DNA of 64,000 bases from Paecilomyces variotii. Its lineage: Eukaryota. Where the stretch lies: NCBI GenBank assembly GCA_004022145.1, contig RCNU01000002.1; one strand, 5' to 3'. The notes below the pieces were generated by a model that was not told the DNA's origin, searched no databases, and was given only the letters and a program-made list of their open reading frames with translations. This document shows, in pieces, positions 23,978 to 37,400 of this stretch (position 1 is the stretch's first letter; each line of letters starts with the position of its first letter). A program made the position numbers and the translations under genes.

Positions 23978-26537
23978 GCTGTCCCTATATCCGGTCAACC
24001 TGGGACTCGGCCGGTTGTTGCATCCGAACCAAACAAAATTACAAAGGTTACGGGCGCTACGAGTAGATTATCCCCCGAGAAGAGAGGGAGTCCGATCCCG
24101 CGCGAGTTCACGGAGACTCGCGATGAAGCAGCTACGCAAGAGTACCACGAAAGAACGAGTGCTGGGCTCTGAGATAGAGGGTTTGCCAGTATATGAAAGA
24201 AGGCAGGCTCATACTCGTTCACCAAGCCTGCAGCATATAGGCCATGGCGGTTGCTATACATTCTCTTGCATTGTTCTTTGTATCGACAGACACATATATT
24301 AACTCTAACGGGACACCCTTATGAAACATGCCCGTGATCATGATCTTGCCTCTTTTCCTTTTTTTTTTTTTTTAGCATGATACCACCATAGTTAAATTGA
24401 TTTATCAATACATGAGTTTTTAACTCCTATAAGAAATCGCTGCCTTTGCCTGCGGAGATCGATCCAGCGAGAGACATTACTACTTTAGCTAAGAGAACAT
24501 TTACAACTAATCAGAAATCCCAGCGGTGGCAACTATGTCGACTCTATTTTGTGGACTCTGGTCCCAAATAGTTGTATTGCGGATATATATTTTCCGACAG
24601 ACCATCATGAACTTTGCGCATGCACATACAGTACTTACATTTCAGACCCAAACTTACGAGACAGACTTATAACGAATCACATCCATAAAAACCACAAATA
24701 AACCATCCAATCTTACCGAGTGAAATTGAATCAAAAGCCCCAGGCATCGTTTTACTCAAGATCAGCTACGTATTATTACCTGAAGTCTAGAACGTCCAAT
24801 AATGACCAGAGTTAATCTCTTTTTAGTCGCCTCGCCCCACCATCTGGGCATATATCTTGTTCGAGACCGTGGAAGATGGGGAGGGTAATTTAAACATGCT
24901 ATTATTATTGCACTACGGTCCTGGAATAAGTGATAGAATGTATGTATGTACAACAGGGCATGCATAAATTCGGGAATGAACCTTGGGCTTTTTTGTTTGA
25001 CTGTTGTTCCTGGCCATGTGGGCGTGCTTGGCATTATTTGCCTGGATGGTTCGCAGCGGCAGACTTGACGAAGACGGACACGGGAAGTCCTTGTGATAAT
25101 TTTGGAGGATTTGCTAATAAAGACTACCTGCAGTGTCTCGTTGAAAGGGGATGAAAGACGTCTTGTGTTACTCTGAAAGCGACTTATCCTGGATGATGTG
25201 ATGTTGAAAATACGTCCGGATACAGCATCGGAACTCGGTTGTTGATCGATTTACCTTTCATGAGCAGATTGAGAGATGATAGTAGATGATGATATTTAAC
25301 TAGTATATATACATGTGGGTGATCCTGTCGAGTATTGACCTGCTTGATATGTAGAGTAGACGGGGAAGAAACAAGCATTGTTGTGAACGGCAACTATCAG
25401 AAGGTAAAGTGATAGACTTCCTGTCTACCAGAAATGGCTTTCTCCTTTCCTCAAATTACTACCTCGTTATAGTTACCCTCTTCTCTACGACTGTCAAAGA
25501 CTCAAAAGGGAACAGAACATCTACATCCCTGGCTTTGTAGGAGAGGGTTGCGCGTCCGGATCTGCTTGTAATGTGATGATTCCTGGCCGTGAGTTCCGTA
25601 GGATGATTGTGCTCCCTTCTCTCTAAGAATAGATACTCTCTACTCTCGAGTAAGGGAAGATGGCGCAGTTCTCCTTGTTCCCTATCCCCGTCCATGTCCC
25701 TGTGGCATCATGCTGATGTCTAGTAGTGCTGTGGCTCCAACGGGCTGGATTGGACTGCCTGGCCAATGTCCAACAAGCTGTCAACAAAGCGCGGCCATTT
25801 TTAGAGTCCCACTGGGTGACATCAAGCTGTCTCAGTCAGATACAGACCGGCGTTGGATGTTTCAGCAGCTGCGGCTGCGCGGACGGGCGCCTCGACGACG
25901 CTCTCGACCGGACGAGCTGGCGCCCCGGATGGGCTTCCGTGATGTGACTGGGTCTGTGGGAGAAGATCTGCTGTGCTGGGCGCTTATGGTTGAGCGTCTT
26001 GAGGGTCTGGAGAGGCGCTGATGAGTCTAGTTGGTGAAATCCCCTCGCCGGTGGGCTCGTGCTGGGGCTCGTGGTGAGCGGCTGAGCAACGGGCCTGCCC
26101 GAACACTCGCAGGGGGCAGTTGGTCTTGTCTCTTGTTCTTGTTCTTGTTCTGTTCTGGTCTGGTCTGGACGAACTTCCATCAACGCTGCCCATCGCACTT
26201 TTTTTCTTCTTCTTGCTTTGCTTGATTGCTTGACGCTCGTTCTCCCCTTTCTTCTTCCCATTCTCTGTGTGTGTTGTTGAGACTTGCTCGTCCGTGAGCT
26301 GCTCGCGACTCCCGGCTTGGATCGACCGCCGCCGGGCTCCGACGCAACTGCGCCGCGTGTACGCTGGACCGCCTAAGTGAGGAGTAACTAGTCGAACTCT
26401 CCAGTATCTCCAAGGCTCCAAGTCGAACCTGTCGTCGCTTCTGCCTCTGAATTCTCCTCCCAGTTCACGAGCTGGCTGCCGCTCTGGCTGACCCAAACGA
26501 GTTGTTTCTGCCTTGTGAGGGGCAAAACAATCTCACA

Positions 26538-28161
26538 ATGTCTTCACCTGCGCCGCTGCTCAAACCCCCCGTCCCTCGTGCCCGCAACAACTCAGGATCG
26601 CGAACTCCTCGCCTCACACTGGGAATCCCGCCTTCGCCCAATGCCAGACCAGTGAATCCAGAGGGAAATGCCGCCCTGCCCGAACTCCCCAAGCTGCAAC
26701 GGCCCTCGAGCCGGCCAGCCCCGCCCCAGCTCAGACTGGCTACTCCCATGGGATCCCAGCAGATGCCACAGGAGGGAGGCTCGTTACGTCCCAGTGATCC
26801 AAATGGCCACTCGAGAAATGGGAGCGCTACGAATACAGAGGGCAAGGGAAGCGGTCCAGCGTCGGCATCGTCGTCGACATACTCCGCTTTGTCGTTCGCT
26901 ATGCTCCGGCAACCCCACGGTGGCACCCCGGATCCATCCTCAGCAATCAGTTCGGTGTACTCGGATCGAGATGGCGGTGTGTCGATGGAACGGGAAAACA
27001 GCGTGAACGGTCTTTTGCCCGATCTGGATAAGCTGAGTTTGGAGAAGGGCCGGCCGCTCGATGTCGAGGATCTGGATGACGAAGGCTGGCTAGCTGCCAG
27101 TGAGCAGAAGAAAATCATCGAACTGGGTAGTCTGGGAGAAGGTGCTGGGGGTGCCGTGACGAGGTGCATGTTGAAGGGCGGCAAGACCGTCTTCGCATTG
27201 AAGGTGGGAATTGACAGAATTTGTCTGCCGTAGAAGCTGGTTGCTAACATACGGTCTGTGTCCAGATCATCACCACGGACCCGAATCCCGATGTGAAAAA
27301 GCAGATTGTGAGAGAGCTCAATTTCAACAAGGACTGCGCGTCGGAACACATCTGTCGCTACTACGGAGCGTTCATGGATAAATCGACTAGTACGATCTCT
27401 ATCGTGATGGAGTTCTGCGAGGGAGGTAGTCTAGACAGTATCTACAAGGAGGTGAAGAAACTAGGAGGACGGACAGGCGAAAAGGTCTTGGGCAAGGTTG
27501 CAGAAGGCGTCTTGAACGGCTTGACGTATCTCCACAGCCGGAAGATTATTCACAGAGGTATGCTGAGACGCATCGATATATTGGTACTGCAGCTAATTCC
27601 CATAGATATCAAACCATCGAATATCCTGCTGTGCAGAAATGGTCAGGTTAAGCTCTGTGATTTCGGTGTTAGCGGAGAGTTCGGCACCAAGGGAGACGCA
27701 AACACGTTCATTGGAACTTCGTATTATATGGCCCCGGAGCGGATTACTGGTCAATCATATACCATTACTTCGGATGTCTGGTCGCTCGGTGTGACACTGC
27801 TGGAAGTCGCTCAGCACCGCTTCCCGTTCCCTGCGGACGGCACAGAGATGCAGCCACGCGCGGGACTGATTGACCTGCTCACCTATATTGTCCGCCAGCC
27901 TATTCCGAAACTCAAGGATGAGCCGGATCACGGAATCCACTGGTCTGATAATTTCAAGTACTTTATCGAATGCTGGTATGTGAACTCCAACGAGCAGGTG
28001 ATGATGCTCCATGCTAATTTGTCTCGTACAGCCTTGAGAAAGAGCCGTCCCGAAGAGCCACTCCTTGGCGGATGCTGGAACATCCGTGGATGGTGGATAT
28101 GAAGAACAAGAAAGTGAATATGGCCCAATTCGTGAAGCAAGTGTGGGACTGGAAAGATTAG
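26538..28161 (+). CDS. MKK1: MAP kinase kinase of the cell-wall-integrity pathway (Mkk1/Mkk2, MkkA-type)
   Basis: [13 protein letters not shown] start; [59 protein letters not shown]. Introns 27204-27265, 27558-27605 and 27976-28031; TAG at 28159-28161. Confidence 0.93.
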
Positions 28162-29231
28162 AGCATTCCAGGGTCACACTTGCTTCCTACCAGTCACTTC
28201 TCCACGCACCAGTCTCCGACTATTAATCACACCTTGCCTCAATTCTTCTCGACTTTAAGAGTGGCTGGCCCTCTCGCCGTTTCGACCTGGCTGTCACACG
28301 ACCGTTTCGTACATCACGACACCATCCTTTGCTCGATTGTATCAGCGTCAACAGCATGCCTCTCCTTTACACTTTTTTGGGAGAAATCCGGAGTTGGATG
28401 ATATACCTTCACGTCTTTCCTTCGATCACGACTTTACAGTCGCACCTTCACACTTTTTGATGAAACCTTGTGCTTTGTTTCGTCCCCAGATTACAGACAT
28501 TGCGTCGGATTTTGACTTCCCATTGTTCGATTCGTCGAGGACAGAAAAAAAAAAGAGAGAAGTACGAAAGCACCTGGAAACATGATCTGGTTTTCAAGCA
28601 GGGGGAGAATATGCAACCGGGACATAACCGGGACCGTGTCCGAAAGATGGGGAGTCTTTTTGTGAAAGATGGAAAATAAATTTTACCTTTTGCTCGCCCA
28701 TTCGAATATGTATTTTTTTTCTGATGCTGGACCAGGACGGGAATCTGCATTCGACCCGTTCTTATTTCTCTCTAGTTACCATTTGGCTCTTCTGAACAGA
28801 ATAATTGTACATATGCAAACGGGAATAATATCTGTTTGCTCGATTCCCACTTCTTGCTTGTCCATAATAACTAGAATATACTACTTAGCAAGTAACAAGA
28901 AATAACTAGTTAGTTGAGGAGGGAGCGTATATGAAAAGAAGGGAAAGAATAGCCTATATGGATAGAAATTCTAATATGAAGAGAAGATGCAGCATTCAGG
29001 TGCTTGATTCATTAACTTTTAACTGTTTTCTCTCCCTTGATATACCATAACTATCGACGACCTACCAAGCAAGATCAAAGAAGACAGAAACCCATCGGAA
29101 CTCCACGCTAAAAAGGAACAATGAAAAAAAAGAAAAAGAATATGATAAGTAATATGTAAATATGAAAAATACCCGTTTCTCTCTCTCTCTCTCTCTCTTT
29201 TTGTATTTTTTACTTTTCTTCTCATCTCATC

Positions 29232-32170
29232 TCATCGATTAACAGGCTGAGCGCCTAGAACCCATCCGAGTCCGGTAGCTAGACCGCCAGTGACCATGTT
29301 ACTGACCATGTCTCGTTTGCGGACGCGGCTTTCGCCATGCTCGCCTGTCGGGGAAGCGATACTGCCGTCTTCGCTGGGCCGGCCGTGGATGCTGGATCCT
29401 CCTTCAGCAGTGGCGAAGGAGGAAGAGGCGGAGGCGGAGATGGCGCTGTGGAGAGGGAAGGCGTTCTTGCTGATAGCGCGGGCGGCGCCGCGAGCAACGT
29501 CGAATAGACCCATGGGTGCTTCTTCATACATGGAGCGGTTGCTGCGGTCTTGTCGGGCGCGGGCGCGTCTGGCGCGCTGTTGTTCGTTTTCGAATGCGTC
29601 AAGTTCGCTGTCTGTTGGACCGAAGCCGCCTGGGACAGCTGTTAGGGAGGCTTTGTCGCCCTTCAGGTCCCAGAGCTCTGCTTCGTCGTTCTCGCGGGCG
29701 TGGAGGACGCTGAGCTCTTCGTCGCAACGGCGCCAGGCTCCAAGGATCTCGGGGAGTGGTTCTGGGGGGGCGAGGACGAGAGCGAGAGATAGTAGTTCCA
29801 TGCGCTGGGACAGATGGGCGATCTGTGACTGGAGATTGGGACTTGGCGACTCGGGAGTAGTGGACCGGTGGCGGCCTGCGTTATATGCTGCGCGCCACGA
29901 GATGTCATCCTCGATTGCGGGGTTTGGAGTTGAGGAGTTAGGGAGAAGAGATGGAGGCGTGAGACGAGTGAGGATGTAGGAGTAGGCGGTGCCGAAATCA
30001 TTTGATGCAAGAGCGGATGAGACGGCCAAGGATATGATCCGTCGCTCGGTCGTCACAGTAGCCTTCTCAGGGGGTTCAGCTGGTAAATAATCTTCGGGGT
30101 ACGATTCGCCATTCGGTGACGGTACCAGACCGGCACCTACGAGGTTGCGTCCGATTGACAAGAGATCGTCCAGTTTTGTATAGCTCTTGGGATTTTGCTC
30201 GAGGACCTTTTCGATCAGATAGATCGGATCAGGGTGGACCCGAATGCTGACAGGTTGGAACGGCACACCATGCTGCAGCGTGAGGGAGTAGAAAGACAAG
30301 GCATGCGTGGCAGCAATGAGCGAATCGATCTGTTTGAATGAGGTTGAGTTCGGGAAATGTGGTCGAAAAGCTTGTAGACTGTTTGCAGGTTAGCGATGCC
30401 ATAAGCTGAGACATTGGGAAATATGACTGACATCTCTGCGGCTCTTTTAATTCCACCTCTTGTCTTGTTGCCATTGCTTGCATTGTCATAGGCAGTGAAG
30501 ATAGCTTCCTTTACTGCAGATTCTACTTCCTCGGGACTCAGAGCAGACGCTCCAGATTTCGTGTAAATGTCCACAGCCACTTGGACATCTGGAAATAGTC
30601 AGTAAATAGGAACAGATCTGCATTTTGCATAGGACGTACCGGTTGGGCTTTTCGTTGCCAGCATCGCCTTGAGTATTTCGGTCTCAGCTGCAGCTCGTGA
30701 AACTCGCCAGAACAGACCATGATGGGCTTGGCCCGAACCATCGAAGGGGGCATCATCAGGGGCTCGCCAGTCTCGCAGCCAGAGCACCTGCTGACGTACA
30801 TTAACCCAGCTGCGCCCGGGTCTAGCATGCTTTGCTATCGTTTCCACGAGACCCCGCAACTCCAACAACTGGCTCTCATCGTTGCTGTGTAGGCAGATAT
30901 TGGCCGCACTCCTGCAAGGCATCTGACGGCCAAGCTCGTCCAAGGTACGGAGCGAGATCAGAAGGGCGTTAATGAACGCAACTGACTCTGGCGTAGGGAG
31001 CGTCAGCGGATTCGAACGAACCAACAGGTTGTTCTGGAGCAATGACGCTCGAGTTGTTGAAGAGATGGAGTCCATAGCGAATTCCAGAGTGGGAAGAACC
31101 GCCTCGTCCATTTCAGCAGAAAAATGCTGCTCCAAATCCAGTACTTGAGCAACCCTCTTTGCAATTTGGAAAGAACCCTCCAGCGCCTTTCTGCTGGTGT
31201 CTGGATTCGCATACACAGCGGCGAGACCAGTCTGTCCATAACGCCTTTTCAGCTCAGCAGCTTCATCGGGTTGTAACACCGTGCCTTCTTCATACCCTCC
31301 AAGGTCCACATCATCGGGGCCGTTCCAGTTTGCAAAAGCTCCCACGACACGGTCATAATCCACCAAACTTCGTGACAGCAACCATTCGTTAACGTCCTGC
31401 CAGCGTGACATTTGTATTTCTCGTCTAGCTGTCGTATTCTGCGAGGCTGATATCGAAGCATCCTGAGGCTGATTAAGCTTGCGCCGCTTTGATCGACCAG
31501 CTCCGTACATCCACGCGCCGATCAGTCCTCTCAAGTTTCTTGCAAGGTCCATGTTGTTCTCGTCAGGGCCTGTGATTGATAACAGAACATTGATTGCTGT
31601 CTGATCGTCCATAGACTCTATCGTCTCAATCGCAACTGTATCTTCTTTGTCCGGGTAATATTCATAGTTCAGTCGTAGCAGCGGTAGTATGACGGATATC
31701 AGCCATGTGCGAATCGTTTCGGAGCGTTGGTAGAAGGGCAACAGGAGATCCAGAACAAGGGTCTGCAGACCCGTCTCGGTGTCGATTCGATGAGCACGAT
31801 GGACTAGAAATTGCGTCAGGGGATCCTCGTCTTCTTCGTCGCCTGGATACCGTAACGGTAGTAAACGGAGCTTCCGCACACGCTTTTGCGCAACTGTGAC
31901 CTCTAAGTTCTTGACAGACGATACGTCAATATCATCTTCCTTTGTTTCAGCGGGAGAGCCGTCGACAAGCGCCTGGAGAACAGATGCGTAGCTCTGGGGT
32001 TCTGTGCTTTCCGGTAAATAGGTCAATATGATCCGGAGCAGGCGCTCTAGATGGAGCGCGTTAGGAAACCGGGCGTGTAGCAGCGGCAGCGCAGCAACAT
32101 GTCCATTTGCGCAGAGGTGAGTAGCGAGCAGAATGGCATGAGCATTTGACAACCCGGTAAGAACAGCCAT
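29232..32170 (-). CDS. SEC39: Dsl1 tethering complex subunit Sec39
   Basis: Three exons (introns 30589-30639 and 30379-30431) join the 523-, 121- and 355-aa ORFs. Motifs RILLT.LPE-like (RIILTYLPES), YDNASNGNKTRGGIKRA and HALSFYSLTLQHGVPFQP; C-terminal GLGWVLGA is typical of fungal Sec39. Confidence 0.85.
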
Positions 32171-32393
32171 GGTGCGATCTCACATGGCCGTCGAAAGCCT
32201 TGATCAGACCGGACAGCAAGCACTCCTCACTACTTACTGATGTGGCCGGATTCCGTTTGGCGGAGCAACGTCAAGGCGAAGCTTGGACCAACCGCGGCGC
32301 CTTTGCCGGCAGAACGTCAAGTCCAGCGTCGAACGTCCAGTTGCACCGATCTACCCCGGACGAACCCCTCCACCCCCGTTTTCGAGCGACAAA

Positions 32394-32952
32394 ATGGCCT
32401 CTGGTTACGGTCTCAATGGCGGTATGTCCTGCATTGGCACGCATTGATATTTGTTTCGCCCCCAATTAGGCTGTCTGCCTGCGCATTTCCGTCGTTTTTT
32501 GCAAAACGCTTCCGCGCCACCGGCTAACCATCCACTGCATCTCAGGCCCTTCACGCTGCTTTGCTTTCTGGCAAGAGCTCCTAGGATGCTACGTCGTCAA
32601 TGGCGGAGAGGGTGACACTGGAAAGAAGAAGTGTATCCCCGCCTACGAGGACTACTATGAGTGCCTGCACCACAAGAAGGAGGTACGCATGGAAACCCGG
32701 GATTCACACCCTCCCCTCTTGCCATCGACGGACCAGGGAAGGCGGGCAATGCTGGAGATTTGTAGTCTGAATGATGAGACGCTGACGATTGATGACTGGC
32801 AAAACCAGGCCCTGCGAACGATGAAGATGCAAGCCGCCTACCGCAAGGCGGAGGCCGCCCACCCACGAGAAAACGCACCCAAGGCCGAACAGATCCGGAG
32901 CCTGGGACTGATAGGCAAGGAGGAAGAGACAGCTGCGGTGCTGAAGGCATGA
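32394..32952 (+). CDS. NADH:ubiquinone oxidoreductase subunit NDUFS5 (11.5/15 kDa), 102 aa
   Basis: Exons 32394-32421, 32546-32682 and 32809-32952 give MASGYGLNGGPSRCFAFWQELLGCYVVN...KCIPAYEDYYECLHHKKE..., a twin CX9C pattern with the EDYYECLHH motif. Confidence 0.92.
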
Positions 32953-34466
32953 GAAGAAACTTGGCCGTGGGCGTGATTTGTTTTGGGGGTTCTCGTCTTT
33001 GTTCCTTTTTCTTCCCGGCTAGAGCATACAATTGAATGTGTACAGGAAATGCCAAACCATTGATATCCGATTTGACTGTGTGATTCTGCGTGTCCAGTCT
33101 GTTGCAGCATTCTTTTTTTACGTATATGTGGGGAGAGTCTGAGATCAGAACGCGAACTACTATATCTGCTACTATATGGTAGCGGTGGTTGGTTACCCGA
33201 AAGATCGCGCTTACTCCCAGAAAAAAAAAGCTATCTGCTGGAGTTGAAAAGAAGGAGAACAGGACTCAGCTTCCGCTGGCAGGGCTATTTGGAGCGCGAA
33301 GTAGATATCATATAAAAATATGCTCCCATAATGTCTGCTCGACGGAGGGGTTCCACATCCATTGTACACAGTAATCAAAGCACTCTGATTGAACCATTGC
33401 TGACCCGTTAGACGAAGACTAGAGTACGTCTTTCAACGGCCAGTTCCCTAAGGGGACAAGACAATGTAGAAGATTATAGCTGGAATGTACATATGTCGGC
33501 TACACAGGCCAGCAGCAGCGGTGGAATATTCCCGGTAGTTACATGTACTGCCACACGGGTAATCCCTCAGGTAGATAGAAGATTTAAGGTTGTATGTAGA
33601 TCCTTGTCAGGCAGAATACCCAAAGATCAAAGACTCATAGAGCGACCGACTAAGACTGACAGAATCTCGCCAGATGTTTCCTCTCGATCTGATGGTTAGA
33701 GCAGTCCTGCTCCACGTATCCCGCATACTCGATAGACGCTGTCATCCGCGAACCCCCGTCAGGTATCTGCGGCTGTGATGAGGCCATCTGGCATTTAGCT
33801 TGGCAGTTGGATGAAGACGCAGACCGACCACGCAGGGGGCAGAGAGTCGACGATCACGGAAGAAAATCGCCCACACAGCGAGCAGAGAATCGCGCGGCGG
33901 GATTGATCTCACGTGACCCTGAAAAACCCTTTGCCCGTGTGGAGGCGCTAGCACCGAAAGCGGTTTAGGGCACGGCGCGCAAAACATGGGTAGGCGCGCC
34001 GGCCTCCAGATGGCCCCAATGATATAAACAGGCTGCGTGACCTCGAAGAAAACTCGATGATCCAGCGCAGTCAGCAACCAAAGCCCGCAGCAACGACTCT
34101 TGCGACTCTGCCCTAGCTAACTGCCCTAGCTGAACCCCCCCTCCACTCGCCACCTCTTCCCCCCGACCCATCGTGCTGCCGCGGATGGACGACGCGTGCT
34201 GGCCTTAGCCATAGCTCTCTGGGCGTCCGGCTTGTTTTGTCGCTGTACCGTCGCTCGTCGCTCGCTCTGATCGCGCGCTGATACCCGGAGGCGGTCGGCC
34301 TCATTGCGCATGCTCTGTATCAATATTGCCTCGTGTTATTTACAGTCCCGTTCTGCTTGCGCCGTGACCTGAGGTCATCTACTTCCCAGTTGCCGCCTTA
34401 CTTAGTGGCGAGCCCGTTAATCATACTAGGTAATATTTATTATTGCATGATTATTGCAACGCCGCC

Positions 34467-37400
34467 ATGACTTCCAGGTAAGTTACCGTTTTCCGCCATA
34501 CCGGCCCTTGCATCCCGCGATACCGCGCTAACCGTTTTCCTCGCTAGGCTCGATCGTCTGGTCACGTGAGTATCCTCCCGCCGCAGCCAATCATGGCCTT
34601 CATCCGGACTGACCAATCATGTACGTAGGCTGCTCGAGACCGGCAGTACTCAGGTCATCAGAAACACGGCCGCCCAGCAACTGGCCGATGTGCAGAAGCA
34701 GCATCCAGATGAGCTCTTTAATCTGCTAGGTCGCATTCTGCCGTATCTCCGGTCCAAGTCATGGGACACACGGACGGCTGCCGCCAAGGCCATCGGGCTG
34801 ATCGCCGCCAATGCAGAGCCCTTCGACCCCAACCAGGATGATGGCCAGGGGATCAAGAAGCCAGAGGATGACCAAGACGTTGATATCAAGCAAGAAGGTG
34901 ATGGTCTACCGGAAGACGACTCGCTTCTGCAACTCGAGCGTCTCGACATCTCCTCGGTTCTCAAGTACGGCAAGAAGCTGCTTGGCACCGCCGGCAAGGA
35001 ATATGAATACTCTCTGGCCGCCATGGACCCGGCCTCCCGATTACAGCAGCAGAAGAAGACCTTGACGTCGCGGCTGGGTCTCGCTGGGGAGTATCTCGAG
35101 GACGAGCTCATTGACGATAATGACCTCAACCTCACCCTGCAGCAACAGTCACGTCCCAAGCTGGACACGTCTCTGCCGGCTTTGTCGCGCCAGAACAGCG
35201 TCCAAAACGCTTCCTCCCCTCATCCATCCCCCCTAGAACATCCCAACGGCGATGAGTCTGGTCTAAGCAAGCGCCAGCTGAATCAGCTCAAGCGCAAAAA
35301 CAAGCAGAACGCCAAGATGGGCGCAAACAAGGTCCGCGTGGTCGATGTGTCTGGTCGAAAACCTTCCGATCAGGTATCGACGCCCGCGCCCGTTCCTACC
35401 CCCCACCCGATCAAAACCGAGGAAAGCAATGGGGAGCAGAAGCCAGACTATTTCTCGCTCGACAGGGACGGCGGGGATGATGACTCGAAGATCGTCTCCG
35501 AGTTTAAGGGCGCCGTTGTCCCTGAAAAGCCTGTGATCCAGACGGAAGCCGAAGAACAAGGCCTGACATGGCCTTACGAGCACGTCTGTGAATTTCTCAT
35601 GGTGGATCTCTTTGATCCAAACTGGGAGATCCGTCACGGAGCTGCAATGGGATTGCGAGAGGTCATCCGGGTGCAGGGTTTGGGTGCTGGGCGTGTGCAT
35701 GGGAAAAGTAGGGCTGAGAACGATGCTCTGAACCGCCGATGGTTGGATGATCTGGCCTGTCGACTCGTCTGTGTCTTTATGCTGGACCGCTTCGGTGACT
35801 ACATTTCTGACAATGTTGTCGCTCCCATTCGAGAGACAGTCGGCCAGACTCTTGGCGCTCTGTTGTCCCACTTGCCGGCCAAGTCAGTCGTTGCAGTCTA
35901 TAACATTCTTCATAGGATCATCATGCAATCGGATTTGGGTCTGGATCGTCCCATTTGGGAGGTCTGCCATGGTGGCATGATTGGATTGAGATATCTCGTA
36001 GCGGTTCGAAAAGACCTGCTAGTAAAGTATCCCAAACTAGTCGATGGAGTCCTACAAGCTGTCATGAAGGGTCTCGGAGACTACGACGACGATGTCCGGG
36101 CTGTCAGTGCGGCTACTCTGGTCCCAATTGCCGGAGAGGTTGTCTCCTCTCGGGCTGGCGCTTTGAACCAACTCATCAACATCGTGTGGGACTGTCTTTC
36201 CAACTTGCAGGACGACCTGAGCGCGAGTACTGGATCCGTGATGGATCTCTTAGCAAAGCTCTGCACGTTCCCTGAGATCCTCGATGCCATGAAAGCGAAT
36301 GCCGCGGACGACCCGGAAGCGTCTTTTGCTAACCTGGTCCCACGTCTGTATCCTTTCCTCCGTCACACAATTACGAGTGTACGAGCGGCTGTTCTCAGAG
36401 CCTTGATGACCTTCCTCAAACTGGAGGGCGAAGGAACGAATGCCTGGGTGGATGGGAAGACTATGAGACTTGTTTTCCAGAACTTGTTGGTCGAGCGGAA
36501 CGAGGGTGTCTTGAAACAATCTCTCCAGGTCTGGTCAGAGCTTCTCCAAGCCCTGGAGAGTCGTGGTTTCTTCAAATCAGAAGGCGAATTGGTCTCTCAC
36601 GTCCAGCCGCTGATCACCCTGAGTCTGGGTCCATTTGGAGTTCCCCGATATCCGATACCGATGAATACCTCGTTGTTTATCAAACCATCTGGATTGCCCT
36701 ATTCGAGTGCAGCGATTACTCCTGCAAAGTCTGCCTCTCCCGGTGCTTCCACACCTGCTGCGGAACAACCAGCCAAAGGACGCAGACGTAAATCGGAGAA
36801 GAAGGAGGTTGCTCTCCCTTCAACCCACAATGTGGATGGCCACATGCTTCAAGGTGATGTCGACCTCGTGGGAGCTGAGACTCTCATGAGATCGAAGATC
36901 TATTCTGCGAAGGCTCTCGGAGAGTTCTTGACGCTGTGGGATAAACACGAGCTGCCAAGTCTTTGGCAACTTATTCTTTCCGGCATCAACTGGCCGGCAT
37001 CAAGCTCTCAACTCGTTGCTTCGATGATTGTCGAAGAATACGCAAGGAAGAACGGTACCAGCAGCAAGTACGTGTCGCTCCTGTGCGAATCGCTACGTCC
37101 AGTTGTCGAAACCGAACGCCCGTCATGGTACAGTGATATCGCTTGCTATCTGCAAATTGCCAGGGCCCAATGCCATTCTCTCCTCAATGCCTTTAGAGAT
37201 CATGGCCATGTGCCTCCTTCAAGACTCCCGACGCTTGCTGTCGTCGTCCAAGGTGATACTGAAGCTGGGCCCAATGCCTTTTCTATCGCCGACGCAGAAA
37301 AGGTTATCGGCCCTGACTTTGAGCGGTTGAAGAAGAGCCTCACGCCGGCCCAGCGCGTTACTGCTCTGCAACTCTTGAATGATACTCGATCTACTGCGAC

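Noticed and set aside
25939-26021. Possible C/D snoRNA (gtgatgt...ctga) upstream of the MAPKK
   Set aside because: Box C is imperfect, there is no convincing terminal stem, and I recognise no rRNA guide.
26465-27349. 294-aa minus-strand ORF
   Set aside because: It is the antisense shadow of the GC-rich MAPKK coding region.
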